This document shows positions 9,056-17,628 of a stretch of DNA of 57,760 bases, piece by piece. How positions within the stretch are numbered: the stretch's first letter is position 1; each line of letters opens with the position of its first letter. The position numbers and the translations under genes were made by a program. The notes beneath the pieces were generated by a model. It was given only the letters and a program-made list of their open reading frames with translations. It ran no database searches and had not been told where the DNA came from. The stretch is from Nitrospinota bacterium (GTDB taxonomy: Bacteria > Nitrospinota > Nitrospinia > JACRGO01), in NCBI GenBank assembly GCA_016212295.1, contig JACRGO010000073.1, forward strand, positions 1 to 57,760. Reading direction: 5' to 3'.

Positions 9056-9240
9056 GAACTTTGCGCCCTGAGGGCGGACTGCGAATAGAGCACTAAGCGG
9101 GCTTTGCCGCAACTACTTGTCTGTGTGCTGACACGCGCGGGCAGTAAAGAATTGACATCCCCCAGGCAAGGGGGGATCAAGGGGGGTGTGATTCATAGGT
9201 CTATTTGATCTTTAAAGATTAAAAAGGGAAATTCCTATAC
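9056..9240 (+). mobile_element. Family D element, copy 1 (hairpin end ... GGAAATTCCTATAC end) with partial CCCCC/GGGGG palindrome
   Basis: gaactttgCGCCCtgaGGGCGgact ... taaagaattgacatccccc ... ctatttgatctttaaagattaaaaagggaaattcctatac; homologous to 36231-36394. Left boundary uncertain (9056 or about 9131). Confidence 0.7.
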
Positions 9241-9268
9241 ATTTTAACCATCTCAAGGAGGAAATTTC

Positions 9269-9919
9269 ATGAAACGACATTCAAAAATTTTAATTTCAGC
9301 CGTCCTTGCGTTTTTTGGCCTTATCATTGGCCAGGCGCAAGCAGCAAGCAATGTGACCGTGGACGCCGCAAACAAAAGTATTTCTTTTCAAGCAACGGTT
9401 AACGGCGCCTATATGAAGGAAGGGTCCTGGCACCTTGCTGTCTACGAAGGCGGGACCAACAAAGGAAAATCCCTGTTCAGCGTGGCCAAGGCGACGCCGG
9501 AAGAAGTCCACAAGGCTTTAGAAGACATAGGTGGAAAGCCGGGCGACAACATGACCTCCACTAACGTCGGGCAACCGAATGTCAAGGTCAAAGGGACCTC
9601 CCTGGACGTTTATGTAAGTTGGGACGGACAATCGGAACCGCTGAAATTGCAAAATGTTCTTAAAGAGTTGAAACCCAATAAAAAAGCAACTGGAATTGAT
9701 ATCAAGTTCGGGGGCAACCTAAGTGACGCGGGAAAGTCCGCCGGGACCGGATGCATTATATGCATGTATAGCTGCCCGGCTGGAATTACCAGCAACGCCA
9801 AAATGAACTCTCACAAATTAACAAATCAAGATAAGGGCGCTTACCGCTATTTAGGCAACAGCGCCAAGCTACCTAAAGACGGCACGGAAGTGACCATCAC
9901 CTTGAAGATTAAAAAGTAA
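9269..9919 (+). CDS. ydjY: YdjY-domain exported protein
   Basis: AAGGAGG RBS, signal peptide (AQA), ALEDIGGKPGDN, FGGN, and GCIICMYSCPAGITSN (CxxCxxSC). Confidence 0.8.
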   Translation: MKRHSKILISAVLAFFGLIIGQAQAASNVTVDAANKSISFQATVNGAYMKEGSWHLAVYEGGTNKGKSLFSVAKATPEEVHKALEDIGGKPGDNMTSTNVGQPNVKVKGTSLDVYVSWDGQSEPLKLQNVLKELKPNKKATGIDIKFGGNLSDAGKSAGTGCIICMYSCPAGITSNAKMNSHKLTNQDKGAYRYLGNSAKLPKDGTEVTITLKIKK

Positions 9920-9957
9920 AAAACAAACGGCTGATGTTTTCAGCCGGTATCGTGTAA

Positions 9958-9998
9958 AATAAAAAGCCCGCCTTATTCCAACAGGCGGGCTTTTTATT
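9958..9998 (+). terminator. Intrinsic (bidirectional-type) terminator after ydjY
   Basis: aataaaaagcccgcct-N9-aggcgggctttttatt. Confidence 0.85.
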
Positions 9999-10010
9999 CA
10001 TAGGAGATAG

Positions 10011-10073
10011 CCTCACACAAAGACACAAAGGCCACAAAGGAAAATCTTAGTGGCTTAGCGGCTTTGTGTGAGG
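10011..10073. repeat. Short imperfect palindrome with tandem CACAAAG units
   Basis: cctcacacaaagacacaaaggccacaaag...cttagtggcttagcggctttgtgtgagg. Confidence 0.7.
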
Positions 10074-10104
10074 AATTTTTTAAAATCAAAAGGCTATCAT
10101 TAAA

Positions 10105-10938
10105 ATGCCACAAACAATTAATTTTTTTCTTGTCACCCTTTTACTCATAGTATTTCTTCCAGCAGCGGCCCTCGGCGGCGCGTGGACCGAGAGGAAGGGA
10201 CGCGGATACAATAAACTCGCCTTCAACTACTATCACTCGGACAAAAATTACGACACGGCGGGCAATAAGGCGGACGCGCCTTTCAACGGCGATTTCAGGG
10301 ACGCCAACGTCTCCATTTACGCCGATTACGGAATCACGGACGAATTGACAGTCCTCCTCTCCGCCTTTTACAAGTCCATGCGCTACATGGACGATAACCT
10401 CACTGAACATACGGACGCTTTCGGCGACCCTGAACTAGCGCTTAAATATAAACTGGGCCAATACAAAAACCTTTTCGCCTCCTTTCAGGCAGGGGCGAAA
10501 TTTCCCGGCTTGTACGGCAAACGCGGCCCGCTCCCTTCTGGAAATCACCAAATCGACATAGAGCCAAGGCTCCTGCTGGGCGTTTCCCTCTATCCCATCA
10601 CCGGTTACCTCAACCTGGAGGCCGCTTACCGCTACAGGGCGGAGGAGCCCGCCGACGAATTCCGCTATCTCCTTGAGGCCGGCTACAGCTTCACCCAGGA
10701 CATAGGCGTCAGGTGCAAACTGGACATAATCGAAAGCGCAAGAAACGGGGCCGTCCTGGCGGTGGAGGGCATGAACAAGACCATCACCTATCAATACGAC
10801 CTCTACAGGGTTGAACTGTCAGGCATTTACAGGCTTGCCGGGGGCTGGAGCCTGGAACTCACCTGCAATCCCACCTTCCATGGAAAAAACACCTCTCACG
10901 GCACGGCGTATTCAATGGGACTGGTCTGGGTGTATTGA
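10105..10938 (+). CDS. Outer-membrane beta-barrel protein of unknown function
   Basis: Signal peptide then GAWT; alternating aromatic strands; C-terminal aromatic (VWVY). Confidence 0.7.
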   Translation: MPQTINFFLVTLLLIVFLPAAALGGAWTERKGRGYNKLAFNYYHSDKNYDTAGNKADAPFNGDFRDANVSIYADYGITDELTVLLSAFYKSMRYMDDNLTEHTDAFGDPELALKYKLGQYKNLFASFQAGAKFPGLYGKRGPLPSGNHQIDIEPRLLLGVSLYPITGYLNLEAAYRYRAEEPADEFRYLLEAGYSFTQDIGVRCKLDIIESARNGAVLAVEGMNKTITYQYDLYRVELSGIYRLAGGWSLELTCNPTFHGKNTSHGTAYSMGLVWVY

Positions 10939-10980
10939 CCTTCCTTGAAGCAGCTATGAAGCCTGTGTTAATTTTATCGG

Positions 10981-12492
10981 ATGGACCTGCATGAATTGAT
11001 CAGCGGCTTGGAGGGCGTTTCCCTGCGGCTTGAGGGGGTTTCCGGCCCCTTGGACGTCACTGGCATCACCTTTGATTACAAAAGGTTGAAGCCTGGAAAT
11101 ATCTACGCCTGCCTCCATTGGGAGGAGTTTCTGGAACCTTATGTCCTCTCCAACGGATACGCCTACATCAAAGAGGCGCTGGAGAACGGCGCATCCTGCC
11201 TGCTGACGCAGGAAGGGGTCCCTTTTGACGAAAAAATTTCCTGTCCAAGGATCGTCGCCGGCCACGCCAACAAGGCAATGGCGCTGATAGCGGACCGCTT
11301 CCACGGCCACCCGATGAATAAAATGAAGGTTGTGGGGGTCACCGGCACAAACGGTAAAACCACCATAAATTTCGTCCTCCGCTCCATCCTCTCCCACGCG
11401 GGCCGCAAGCCTGGAATTATCGGGACAATGGGGACCCGCTCCGAGGTCTATAATGTCCCGCCCGGACTCTACACCACGCCGCTTTCAACCGATCTCTACC
11501 ATTCCGCCTCGGTGATGCTGGAAAGGGGGGTCGACACCATCGTCATGGAGTCCACTTCCCACGGAATTTCCCTGTTCAGGGAATACGGGACCGAGTACGA
11601 CGCGGTCATCTTCACCAATTTCTCACAGGACCATCTGGATTTCCATAAGGACCTGGACGATTACAAGAACGTGAAGCTGGGCCTCTTCCGGCGTCTGGAG
11701 CGACAGGCCGTGAAGAGGTCCCCGGAGGCGATTATCAACATTGATGATCCGGTGAGCGGGGAATTCCTGGAGGCGGCTAAAGTGCGCCGGATCACCTACG
11801 GAATAAAAAAACCGGCGGACGTTACAGCGCGCGATATTGAACTCTCGCTTGCCGGCAGCCGGTTCACCATCCAATACGATCAAGGGGAGGTCCTTCCTGT
11901 CCATTTCCGTCTGAGGGGGGAGTTCAACGTCTATAACGCCCTGGCTTGCTTCGCGGCGGCCCGATGCCTTGGCCTGGACGCCTTGAAAATAAAAGAAGGT
12001 CTTGAGGCGCTCACTGAAATTCCAGGCAGGTTCCAGACAATTGAGACCGGGACTGATATCACGGTGGTGGTGGATTACGCGCACACGCCTGATTCCCTGG
12101 AAAAGATTTTAAGGTCGGCCAAGGGCCTCCGCCCAAGAAGGCTCATAGCTGTCTTCGGGTGCGGCGGGGACCGCGACCCCAAGAAGCGTCCGGTGATGGG
12201 AGGGCTTGCGGTTCAAATTTCGGATGTGGTGATCGTCACATCCGACAATCCCAGAACGGAAGATCCTTCAATAATAGTCGACGAGATTTTGCAAGGAATC
12301 CCCAAGGAGGAAATGGGGAAGGTGGAGGCCATAGTGGACCGGAGGGAGGCCATCCGCCGCGCCCTGTCCATGGCGGAGCCGGGTGACCTGGTGGTGATCG
12401 CCGGCAAGGGCCACGAGGACTATCAGATCATCGGCAAGGAAAAGGTCCACTTCGACGACCGGGAAGAGGTGAGTAAGTTTTTCATGAAATAG
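10981..12492 (+). CDS. murE: UDP-MurNAc-L-Ala-D-Glu--meso-DAP ligase
   Basis: GVTGTNGKTT, ESTSHG, NFSQDHLDFH, VDYAHTPD, FGCGGDRD, DNPR (DAP specificity), AGKGHE. Confidence 0.93.
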   Translation: MDLHELISGLEGVSLRLEGVSGPLDVTGITFDYKRLKPGNIYACLHWEEFLEPYVLSNGYAYIKEALENGASCLLTQEGVPFDEKISCPRIVAGHANKAMALIADRFHGHPMNKMKVVGVTGTNGKTTINFVLRSILSHAGRKPGIIGTMGTRSEVYNVPPGLYTTPLSTDLYHSASVMLERGVDTIVMESTSHGISLFREYGTEYDAVIFTNFSQDHLDFHKDLDDYKNVKLGLFRRLERQAVKRSPEAIINIDDPVSGEFLEAAKVRRITYGIKKPADVTARDIELSLAGSRFTIQYDQGEVLPVHFRLRGEFNVYNALACFAAARCLGLDALKIKEGLEALTEIPGRFQTIETGTDITVVVDYAHTPDSLEKILRSAKGLRPRRLIAVFGCGGDRDPKKRPVMGGLAVQISDVVIVTSDNPRTEDPSIIVDEILQGIPKEEMGKVEAIVDRREAIRRALSMAEPGDLVVIAGKGHEDYQIIGKEKVHFDDREEVSKFFMK

Positions 12493-12511
12493 GAAGGAAC
12501 TTGATTTGTGT

Positions 12512-12540
12512 TTGACTTTAAAAAGCCGCTTTGTTACCCT
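12512..12540 (+). promoter_or_regulatory. Putative sigma70 promoter
   Basis: TTGACT-N17-TACCCT with a TGn extension. Confidence 0.35.
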
Positions 12541-12567
12541 CTTTTGGCGAGTTCAGGAGAGCAATCA

Positions 12568-12729
12568 ATGAAAGCATGCCATTATCTGTCCATTCTAAGC
12601 CTGGTTGTGTGGTATTTGCTGGGCCTGCGTGTCGCCCGCAAGCGCCAAAAACCTTCAGAGGAAAAAATTCCCGCCTTGGGCCAAGAGACCGCTGAACTAG
12701 CTAAAAACCTAACGACTCCGGCGAACTGA
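12568..12729 (+). CDS. Small single-pass membrane protein, 53 aa
   Basis: AGGAG RBS, ATG 12568, hydrophobic helix followed by RVARKRQK. Confidence 0.5.
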   Translation: MKACHYLSILSLVVWYLLGLRVARKRQKPSEEKIPALGQETAELAKNLTTPAN

Positions 12730-12730
12730 A

Positions 12731-12804
12731 AAATAGAACGCGGATGATGCTGATGACACGGATTATCGCGGATGAAATTTCTTTTAATCCGCGCTTCTCT
12801 ATTT
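12731..12804. repeat. Repeat family E (CGCGGAT/CACGGAT palindrome, GxxExxY-flank type)
   Basis: aaatagaacgcggatgatgctgatgacacggattatcgcggat...aatccgcg; left arm near-identical to 41108-41206. Confidence 0.8.
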
Positions 12805-12862
12805 ATAGCTTTAGCCACCTTAGCCCTATTAGGCGCCTTTTATAAAAGCGTTGACAATAAAT

Positions 12863-13222
12863 ATGATTATCCAACAGACCATGATCAAGGACCATAGGCC
12901 CTGGGGCTTTTATGAAGTCCTTTCGGATGCGGCGGACCACAAGGTAAAACGGATCACCGTCCACCCGGGCCATAGGCTGAGTTATCAGCGGCATTTCCGG
13001 CGGTCAGAGCATTGGTACGTGGTAAGCGGCAAGGCGGTGTTGACCAAGGACAGTGAGGAAATCGAGCTGGCGGCCGGCCAGGCCATGGATTTGCCCGCGC
13101 GCGCATGGCACCGCATCCGGAACAGCGGCGCTGAAAATCTGGTGTTTATCGAAGTCCAGACCGGTGATTATTTCGGAGAGGATGATATCGAGAGGTCGGA
13201 GGATGACTATGGCAGGGCCTGA
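12863..13222 (+). CDS. Cupin, mannose-6-phosphate isomerase type II C-terminal domain
   Basis: RPWG...VKRITVHPGHRLSYQRHFRRSEHW...HRIRN...IEVQTG.YFGEDDIER; start could be 12881. Confidence 0.9.
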   Translation: MIIQQTMIKDHRPWGFYEVLSDAADHKVKRITVHPGHRLSYQRHFRRSEHWYVVSGKAVLTKDSEEIELAAGQAMDLPARAWHRIRNSGAENLVFIEVQTGDYFGEDDIERSEDDYGRA

Positions 13223-13338
13223 GGAACCGGCCATCAAGCGTTGCGGCCATGCCGCGCACGCTTATTTATTTAATAAGGCTTTTTGGGGTTTGCCGGCTAT
13301 TTTAAAGGAAAGGACTTCGGATTAATCAATTCGCTAAG

Positions 13339-14763
13339 CTATGTTCTTTGAAATAGTTGCCCTACACTATAATTTTTAATTAATTTGGAAAAATATTGGT
13401 CTTTTTCCAGCTTAAGCCTCAGAGCAGGGTCTAAATCCACAGCTCTGTTCAGTTCCTCAATGGCCGATTGCTCTTCCCCTTTCACATAGTACGCCTTGGC
13501 GAGGTTATAGTGCAGGTTGGCGTCATCCGGTTTGAGTTTCATCGCCTTTAGGAAATTTTCTATTGCCTGGTCGAATTTTTCCTGCCGCCTGAGCGCTATG
13601 CCCATCTTGTTATAGAGGTGGGTGTGGTTCTCGTTCAAGGCAATGGCCTCGCCGAATATGCCCTCCGCTTCCGCGTCAAGATTGTACTTCAGACAGAAAT
13701 CGCCCATTAGAAGATACAGGAAGTTCTGGGTGGGGTTATACTCAAGGGCCTTCCTGTATATTTCCAGGGCTTTTTTGGGATTGTCCTGGGCCTCGAAAAC
13801 CTTGGCAAGGCCAAGATAGTTCTTTACGAATTTTTTATTCCGCTGTATTCCTTCCCTGAAGTAAAATCCGGCCTTTTCAAAATCCCCTTCATCCTGATAA
13901 AGCGCCCCTATATGGTATAGCACCTGGACATTGTCCGGTTCCAAATCCATGACTTTAAGGTAATTCTTTTTGGCCTCTTTGTAATTGCCCAATTGTTCGT
14001 ACGCTTTTCCCATGCCCTGGTGCGCCCTTGGGAAATTGGCCTCGAACTCCGTGATCTGCTTGAATATCCTGATTGCCTGGTCCACCTCGTTCATTTTCAA
14101 AAGAGTATTGGCCTTTTCCGCTAAATTAGCGGCGTTTTCGCCTCCCATCTTTAGGGCTCTATTGTAAAAAATAATGGCTTGGTCGAAAAGCCCCATTTCC
14201 TGAAGCATGTTTCCTTCCATAAGCAGCCTGGAAACTTCCCTATGCAGCAACGACTCTTCCGGCTTCTCCAGGACCTCCATGAGTTTTTGTCCGAAAGATA
14301 CCGGGTCGGATGGAAGAATTAAGAATTGAGAAGCGCCTGCCTTGCATGCCGAGATAATGATTTGCCTGTCAAATACTTTTTCCACGAAGATAAAGGGAAC
14401 CAATTTTTCTGAACCCGCGGTCAGGAGCATGTTCTTTACGATATGCAGTAATTGCAATCCTGTTTTGGTGGAAACGCTGCCGTCCAGGACTTTGAGGTTG
14501 CAAATAATGAGGTCTATATTTTCGGGGTTTTTTTTGATCTGGCTTATAACCACGGTGGAGGTATTGGAGGCCCTGATTTTATCGGGAGAAAAACCCAGGA
14601 TCTCCAAATAGCTTTTTATCGTATCGCGCGCGGCCGGATCGCCGCAGATGACGAAAATTCTTTTCTTGAGGAATTTCGAGACCTTCTCCCTGAGTTCCAC
14701 CAAGGATTTCTGCTGTTCCAAAAACTCCTGGACCTCGTCCTGCTGTTTATGCTTGCCTTTCAT
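13339..14763 (-). CDS. Atypical receiver-domain + TPR repeat protein
   Basis: Receiver-like fold (DLIICN, AGASQFLILP) lacking the phospho-Asp; about 8 TPRs (YNKMGIALRRQ, LHYNLAKAY). Confidence 0.8.
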   Translation of the reverse strand: MKGKHKQQDEVQEFLEQQKSLVELREKVSKFLKKRIFVICGDPAARDTIKSYLEILGFSPDKIRASNTSTVVISQIKKNPENIDLIICNLKVLDGSVSTKTGLQLLHIVKNMLLTAGSEKLVPFIFVEKVFDRQIIISACKAGASQFLILPSDPVSFGQKLMEVLEKPEESLLHREVSRLLMEGNMLQEMGLFDQAIIFYNRALKMGGENAANLAEKANTLLKMNEVDQAIRIFKQITEFEANFPRAHQGMGKAYEQLGNYKEAKKNYLKVMDLEPDNVQVLYHIGALYQDEGDFEKAGFYFREGIQRNKKFVKNYLGLAKVFEAQDNPKKALEIYRKALEYNPTQNFLYLLMGDFCLKYNLDAEAEGIFGEAIALNENHTHLYNKMGIALRRQEKFDQAIENFLKAMKLKPDDANLHYNLAKAYYVKGEEQSAIEELNRAVDLDPALRLKLEKDQYFSKLIKNYSVGQLFQRT

Positions 14764-14835
14764 TTACTTCCACCTGAATTTTTATAATTTTTTCAATAAA
14801 AGCAGCTATGTTTTTCCACCCCAAAATTATTTCTC

Positions 14836-14905
14836 TTTTTTCTCCTGGTTTCCCGGATTCCTTATAAATATTCGTATATTAGGAAGCCAGGAAAGCAGGA
14901 AAAAA
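14836..14905. repeat. Short palindrome with tandem (C)AGGAA units
   Basis: ttctcctggtttcccggattcctta ... taggaagccaggaaagcaggaaaa. Confidence 0.6.
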
Positions 14906-14969
14906 CTTTCTAAATGAAAAATACAGGCTTTATTTTAATAGTACCGCCAGCAATAATCATATCCAAAGG

Positions 14970-16844
14970 CTACAATTTCTTGCCGCTTGCCTCTGTATCC
15001 GCTGGCTCTAACCGTCCCATTTTCAATTTGAAGGAATCTAACCGTGGCAAGGATTGAACTATTTTTTGGGCAATCGGGGCGGAGGTGCTTCCGCCGTGTC
15101 CTCCATGTTCAACGATAATGGACATGGCCAAAAGGGGTTTTTCGTAAGGGGCGAAAGCTATGAAAAGGGCATGGTCCCTGTATTTGTAAGGAATTTCTTC
15201 CTGACTGTCCTCGTCCCAGCCTTCCTTCATGCGCACCACTTGCGCGGTGCCGGTCTTTCCCGCCACTTCCACCCCTGGAACACGCGCCCTCAATCCTGTT
15301 CCCCCTTGCTCCGTCGTGACTCCAAGAAGCCCCTCACGGATTATCCTTAACGTCTCCCGGCTCACAGGCAGGCGCCCTATTATTTCCGGCTTGGTTTCCT
15401 GGATTATTTCGCCGTTTGGCTTCTGGATGGATTTTATGATGTTGGGTTTGTAAAGCGTTCCCCCGTTCCCCACCGCAGCGATCAGATTGGCAAGCTGCAA
15501 TGGAGTGGCGATGTTATATCCCTGGCCGATGGAAGCGGATATGGTTTCCCCTGGATGCCACTGCTCCTTTTTTGCTCTCAATTTCCATGCCTGGGTCGGC
15601 ACCAACCCGCTCTTTTCATTTTCCGGATCAAAACCGGTCGGCGCCCCAAGCCCGAATCCCATGGCATATTGCGCGATGGCGTCGATCCCCAAATGATATC
15701 CCACTTGATAGAAAAACACGTCGCACGATTGCACAATGGCCCTGTGGATGCTCACAAGGCCGTGTCCTCCCTTTTTCCAGCATCTGTAATTTCTTGTTCC
15801 TAACTGGAAATAACCTGGACAGAAATAGGTCGTGTTTTCCGTTATGACTCCTTTCTCCAGCCCCGCGGCCGCCATGATGACTTTATAGGTCGATCCAGGT
15901 GGATATAATCCCTTTATCGCCCTGTTTTCCAGGGGATGGCTTTCGTCTTGGATTAGTTGTTTCCAATAGGAAGGCGCCACGCCCTTTGCGAATATATTTG
16001 GATCAAAAGAAGGCTTGCTTACGATGGCTAGTATATTCCCGTTTTGAGGATCCAAGACAACCACTGAACCCTGCTTTCCCTCCATCTCCTTTTCCACCAG
16101 CAATTGCAGGTCCTTATCGATGGTAAGGACTATATTGTTTCCTGGAACGGGATTATCTTTTCTTAAAATCTTCAGTTCACGTCCCGCCGCGTCCACCTCC
16201 ACGCTTTTGACGCCTTTTTCACCTTTCAAAAAAGTTTCAAACCGGCTTTCCAGTCCATACTGTCCTATGAAATCGCCTAGCCGGTAAGGACCATCCTTGA
16301 AACTTTCCAACTGGCTCCGTCTGATTTCGCCGAGATAACCCACAATCTGGGCGGCAAGCTCCTGGTATTTATAGTCACGCATCGGTTCGACCTTTATTGA
16401 AAAACCGGAAAGATCAACGCCGTTTTCCTCAATGAAGGCCACCTCTTTTCTGTTTAAATCCCTTTTCAGCAACAACTCCTTGTGCGCCGGATGGATCTTG
16501 ATTTTATCCAAATCAGGGCTTTCGCCCAGGTCAACGGATTTTCTTAAAAAATCCAGCTCATTCTTCAATTCCTTCGCGTCTTCCTTCGTCAGATAGAGAT
16601 TAAAGGACGGACGCAGGGAAACTATAACATCGCCGTTTCCGTCCAGAATATTTCCGCGATAATTGGCTATGGACTTTACCCGGATGCGGTTGTTTTCCGC
16701 CAGGCTTCTAAGGTCCTCGCCCTGGATTATTTGGAGGTACCACAGCCGCAGGATAAGGAGAAAAAACAAAAGGACGTTAAATACCAGGATATAGAGGGAT
16801 TTGGTTTTTAAACCCTCGGTCTTATAAAGATTGGAAAGTTCCAT
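14970..16844 (-). CDS. mrdA: Penicillin-binding protein 2
   Basis: RLWYLQ, YPPGSTYK (SxxK), SCD, KTGTAQ, DHALF, EHGGHG. Confidence 0.95.
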   Translation of the reverse strand: MELSNLYKTEGLKTKSLYILVFNVLLFFLLILRLWYLQIIQGEDLRSLAENNRIRVKSIANYRGNILDGNGDVIVSLRPSFNLYLTKEDAKELKNELDFLRKSVDLGESPDLDKIKIHPAHKELLLKRDLNRKEVAFIEENGVDLSGFSIKVEPMRDYKYQELAAQIVGYLGEIRRSQLESFKDGPYRLGDFIGQYGLESRFETFLKGEKGVKSVEVDAAGRELKILRKDNPVPGNNIVLTIDKDLQLLVEKEMEGKQGSVVVLDPQNGNILAIVSKPSFDPNIFAKGVAPSYWKQLIQDESHPLENRAIKGLYPPGSTYKVIMAAAGLEKGVITENTTYFCPGYFQLGTRNYRCWKKGGHGLVSIHRAIVQSCDVFFYQVGYHLGIDAIAQYAMGFGLGAPTGFDPENEKSGLVPTQAWKLRAKKEQWHPGETISASIGQGYNIATPLQLANLIAAVGNGGTLYKPNIIKSIQKPNGEIIQETKPEIIGRLPVSRETLRIIREGLLGVTTEQGGTGLRARVPGVEVAGKTGTAQVVRMKEGWDEDSQEEIPYKYRDHALFIAFAPYEKPLLAMSIIVEHGGHGGSTSAPIAQKIVQSLPRLDSFKLKMGRLEPADTEASGKKL

Positions 16845-16850
16845 TTTAAT

Positions 16851-17366
16851 TCAAGAGGGGACATCTTCTATATGGAAAAGCTTGGATCCGGCTGGACCCG
16901 CGATTTTTCTTCTTAGAATGAAAAATCCGATTGGCCCCGCCGACCCGTTATATAGGGCTGAAATAGCCACATCCTTCCAAAAACCGTCGGCCAAGTGTAT
17001 CATTGGAAACGCGTCGCTTAGGAATTGAAAGGCCAGCCCTTCCAAAACCGTCGCGCCCGCAATTAAAAAAAACTGGGAAAAAAAGTTTTCCAGAATGATG
17101 GACTCTTTCAGGAAAACCACGCAAAATCCGATCAATCCCTTGGAAAGCATATTCATGCCTATGATGCCCCCGGACAAGGCGTCCTGCGCCAGGCCCAGCA
17201 GCCCTCCGGCCAGAATGCTGTTGCCACGCGGGAAGTGGTAACCTATGAAGACAATGGCGATGGTTATCAAGTCCGGCCTCACTCCCCCGATTTCAATAAG
17301 CCTGAGGACGGTAGTTTGCAGGGAGAAAACCAGTATCAATAAGATAATTATTCCTAAGGCGCGCAT
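16851..17366 (-). CDS. mreD: Rod shape-determining protein MreD
   Basis: Hydrophobic; RPDL and GLAQDALSG motifs; directly upstream of mrdA; start uncertain (17366-17423). Confidence 0.88.
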   Translation of the reverse strand: MRALGIIILLILVFSLQTTVLRLIEIGGVRPDLITIAIVFIGYHFPRGNSILAGGLLGLAQDALSGGIIGMNMLSKGLIGFCVVFLKESIILENFFSQFFLIAGATVLEGLAFQFLSDAFPMIHLADGFWKDVAISALYNGSAGPIGFFILRRKIAGPAGSKLFHIEDVPS

Positions 17367-17628
17367 GCCCCTACTATACAACAGGCGGCGCATCCCGGCA
17401 AGGTTTTCGGTTATCCTCCGCATCTTGTAAGGGAGAAGGACTTAACGTCATGTGGTTAGCGCATGAGCAATTCAAGTTTTCATGGAAAGTACCGATCAAC
17501 ATTAGAGATGGGATTGTGAAAAGATTCTTGTGAAAAAACCTGCATGAGTGAGATAATTGCCATATCAATGAAAATCTACTATTAAAATTAAACTATAGTT
17601 TAACAATCGGAAAATGGAGGCCCCCACA

